A stretch of 64,000 nucleotides of DNA from Tubiluchus corallicola. Its lineage: Eukaryota > Animalia > Priapulida. The notes beneath the pieces are model-generated. The model was given only the letters and a program-made list of their open reading frames with translations, did not search any database and was not told where the DNA came from. Positions 63,457-64,000 of this stretch are shown piece after piece. The position numbers were made by a program, and so were the translations under genes. The DNA is taken from NCBI GenBank assembly GCA_030141605.1, contig JAQGDQ010000910.1:1-64000 (forward strand), read 5' to 3'. Position 1 is the stretch's first letter. The number at the start of each line of letters is the position of its first letter.

Positions 63457-64000
63457 CGGAAAAATATAACAAAGGACTTTGCAAAGAACCATCTGTAAAG
63501 CATATCTATTGAAAATTATGACGTAACTGGGAGACTTCGTGACTTTCCGTTTGCGCATCGTAACTTTCCGTAAGTGCGCGCTGCTTAAACCAATTCAAAC
63601 TTGTGCCGCTTACCGAAATGTTCACGTAAAATTAGCTGCCCAACTTTTTTCATCTCTGACTAGGCAATTTTTTTGTAGTTTGAAAACTTTCGTTAATTGC
63701 TTTGTTAATGTGGAACTAGTAATTAATAATTAACAGTCATTAATCTCTAGACGAATTTTGTACCCTCTCACTCTTACGCCTGGAGTTACGATTGCCCCCT
63801 ACGCCCTCTATCGCCCACTCCTTGCTACGCCTCAGAGAATGACAAAGCTGTTCAGAGGAACTAGGCATCCAGCATAGGGTCAATGGCTCCCAGTGTTATT
63901 AAATCTTATCAAAGACGTATCTATATTTGAGAAGATTACTCACGCTCTTTATTTACCAAACAAGTTTTGTGAACCAGCATGAATGAAACTGCGAGGTTCT

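Noticed and set aside
61195-63512. Cys/His-rich 24-aa repeat ORFs resembling zinc fingers
   Set aside because: The 72-bp satellite has one stop-free frame by chance. Starts are non-ATG, and indels or stops break the frame (~61940, ~62385, ~62470).

Overview
AT-rich, repeat-dense genomic DNA from an animal, probably an invertebrate bilaterian (GT-AG introns, animal-type proteins, CTCF-like motifs). The species cannot be determined from the sequence. Five protein-coding genes are supported. GUCD1 (+, 26366-35470, 240 aa) has 7 coding exons assembled by hand, including one GC-AG intron. The other four have intronless CDSs within 17.5 kb: dyskerin DKC1 (-), glycogen synthase (+), a GM2-activator/ML-domain protein (+) and a cadherin-repeat membrane protein with almost no cytoplasmic tail (-). 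A probable first coding exon of an unidentified minus-strand gene lies at 19709-19774. The rest is micro/minisatellites, hAT-, pogo/Tigger- and TTAA-type MITEs, a solo LTR, and LINE/SINE fragments. The most striking signal is a set of short non-autonomous retroelements with structured-RNA heads. One is a 492-bp internally deleted RTE element with an 18-bp TSD whose 5' end is a twister ribozyme starting exactly at the cleavage site, in the probable glycogen synthase 3' UTR. Another is a 5S rRNA-headed SINE with a 14-bp TSD in a GUCD1 intron. A third mini-element carries a predicted pseudoknot. An inverted pair of decayed Penelope-type hammerhead ribozymes is also present. All calls were made by eye; no database searches or folding programs were run.
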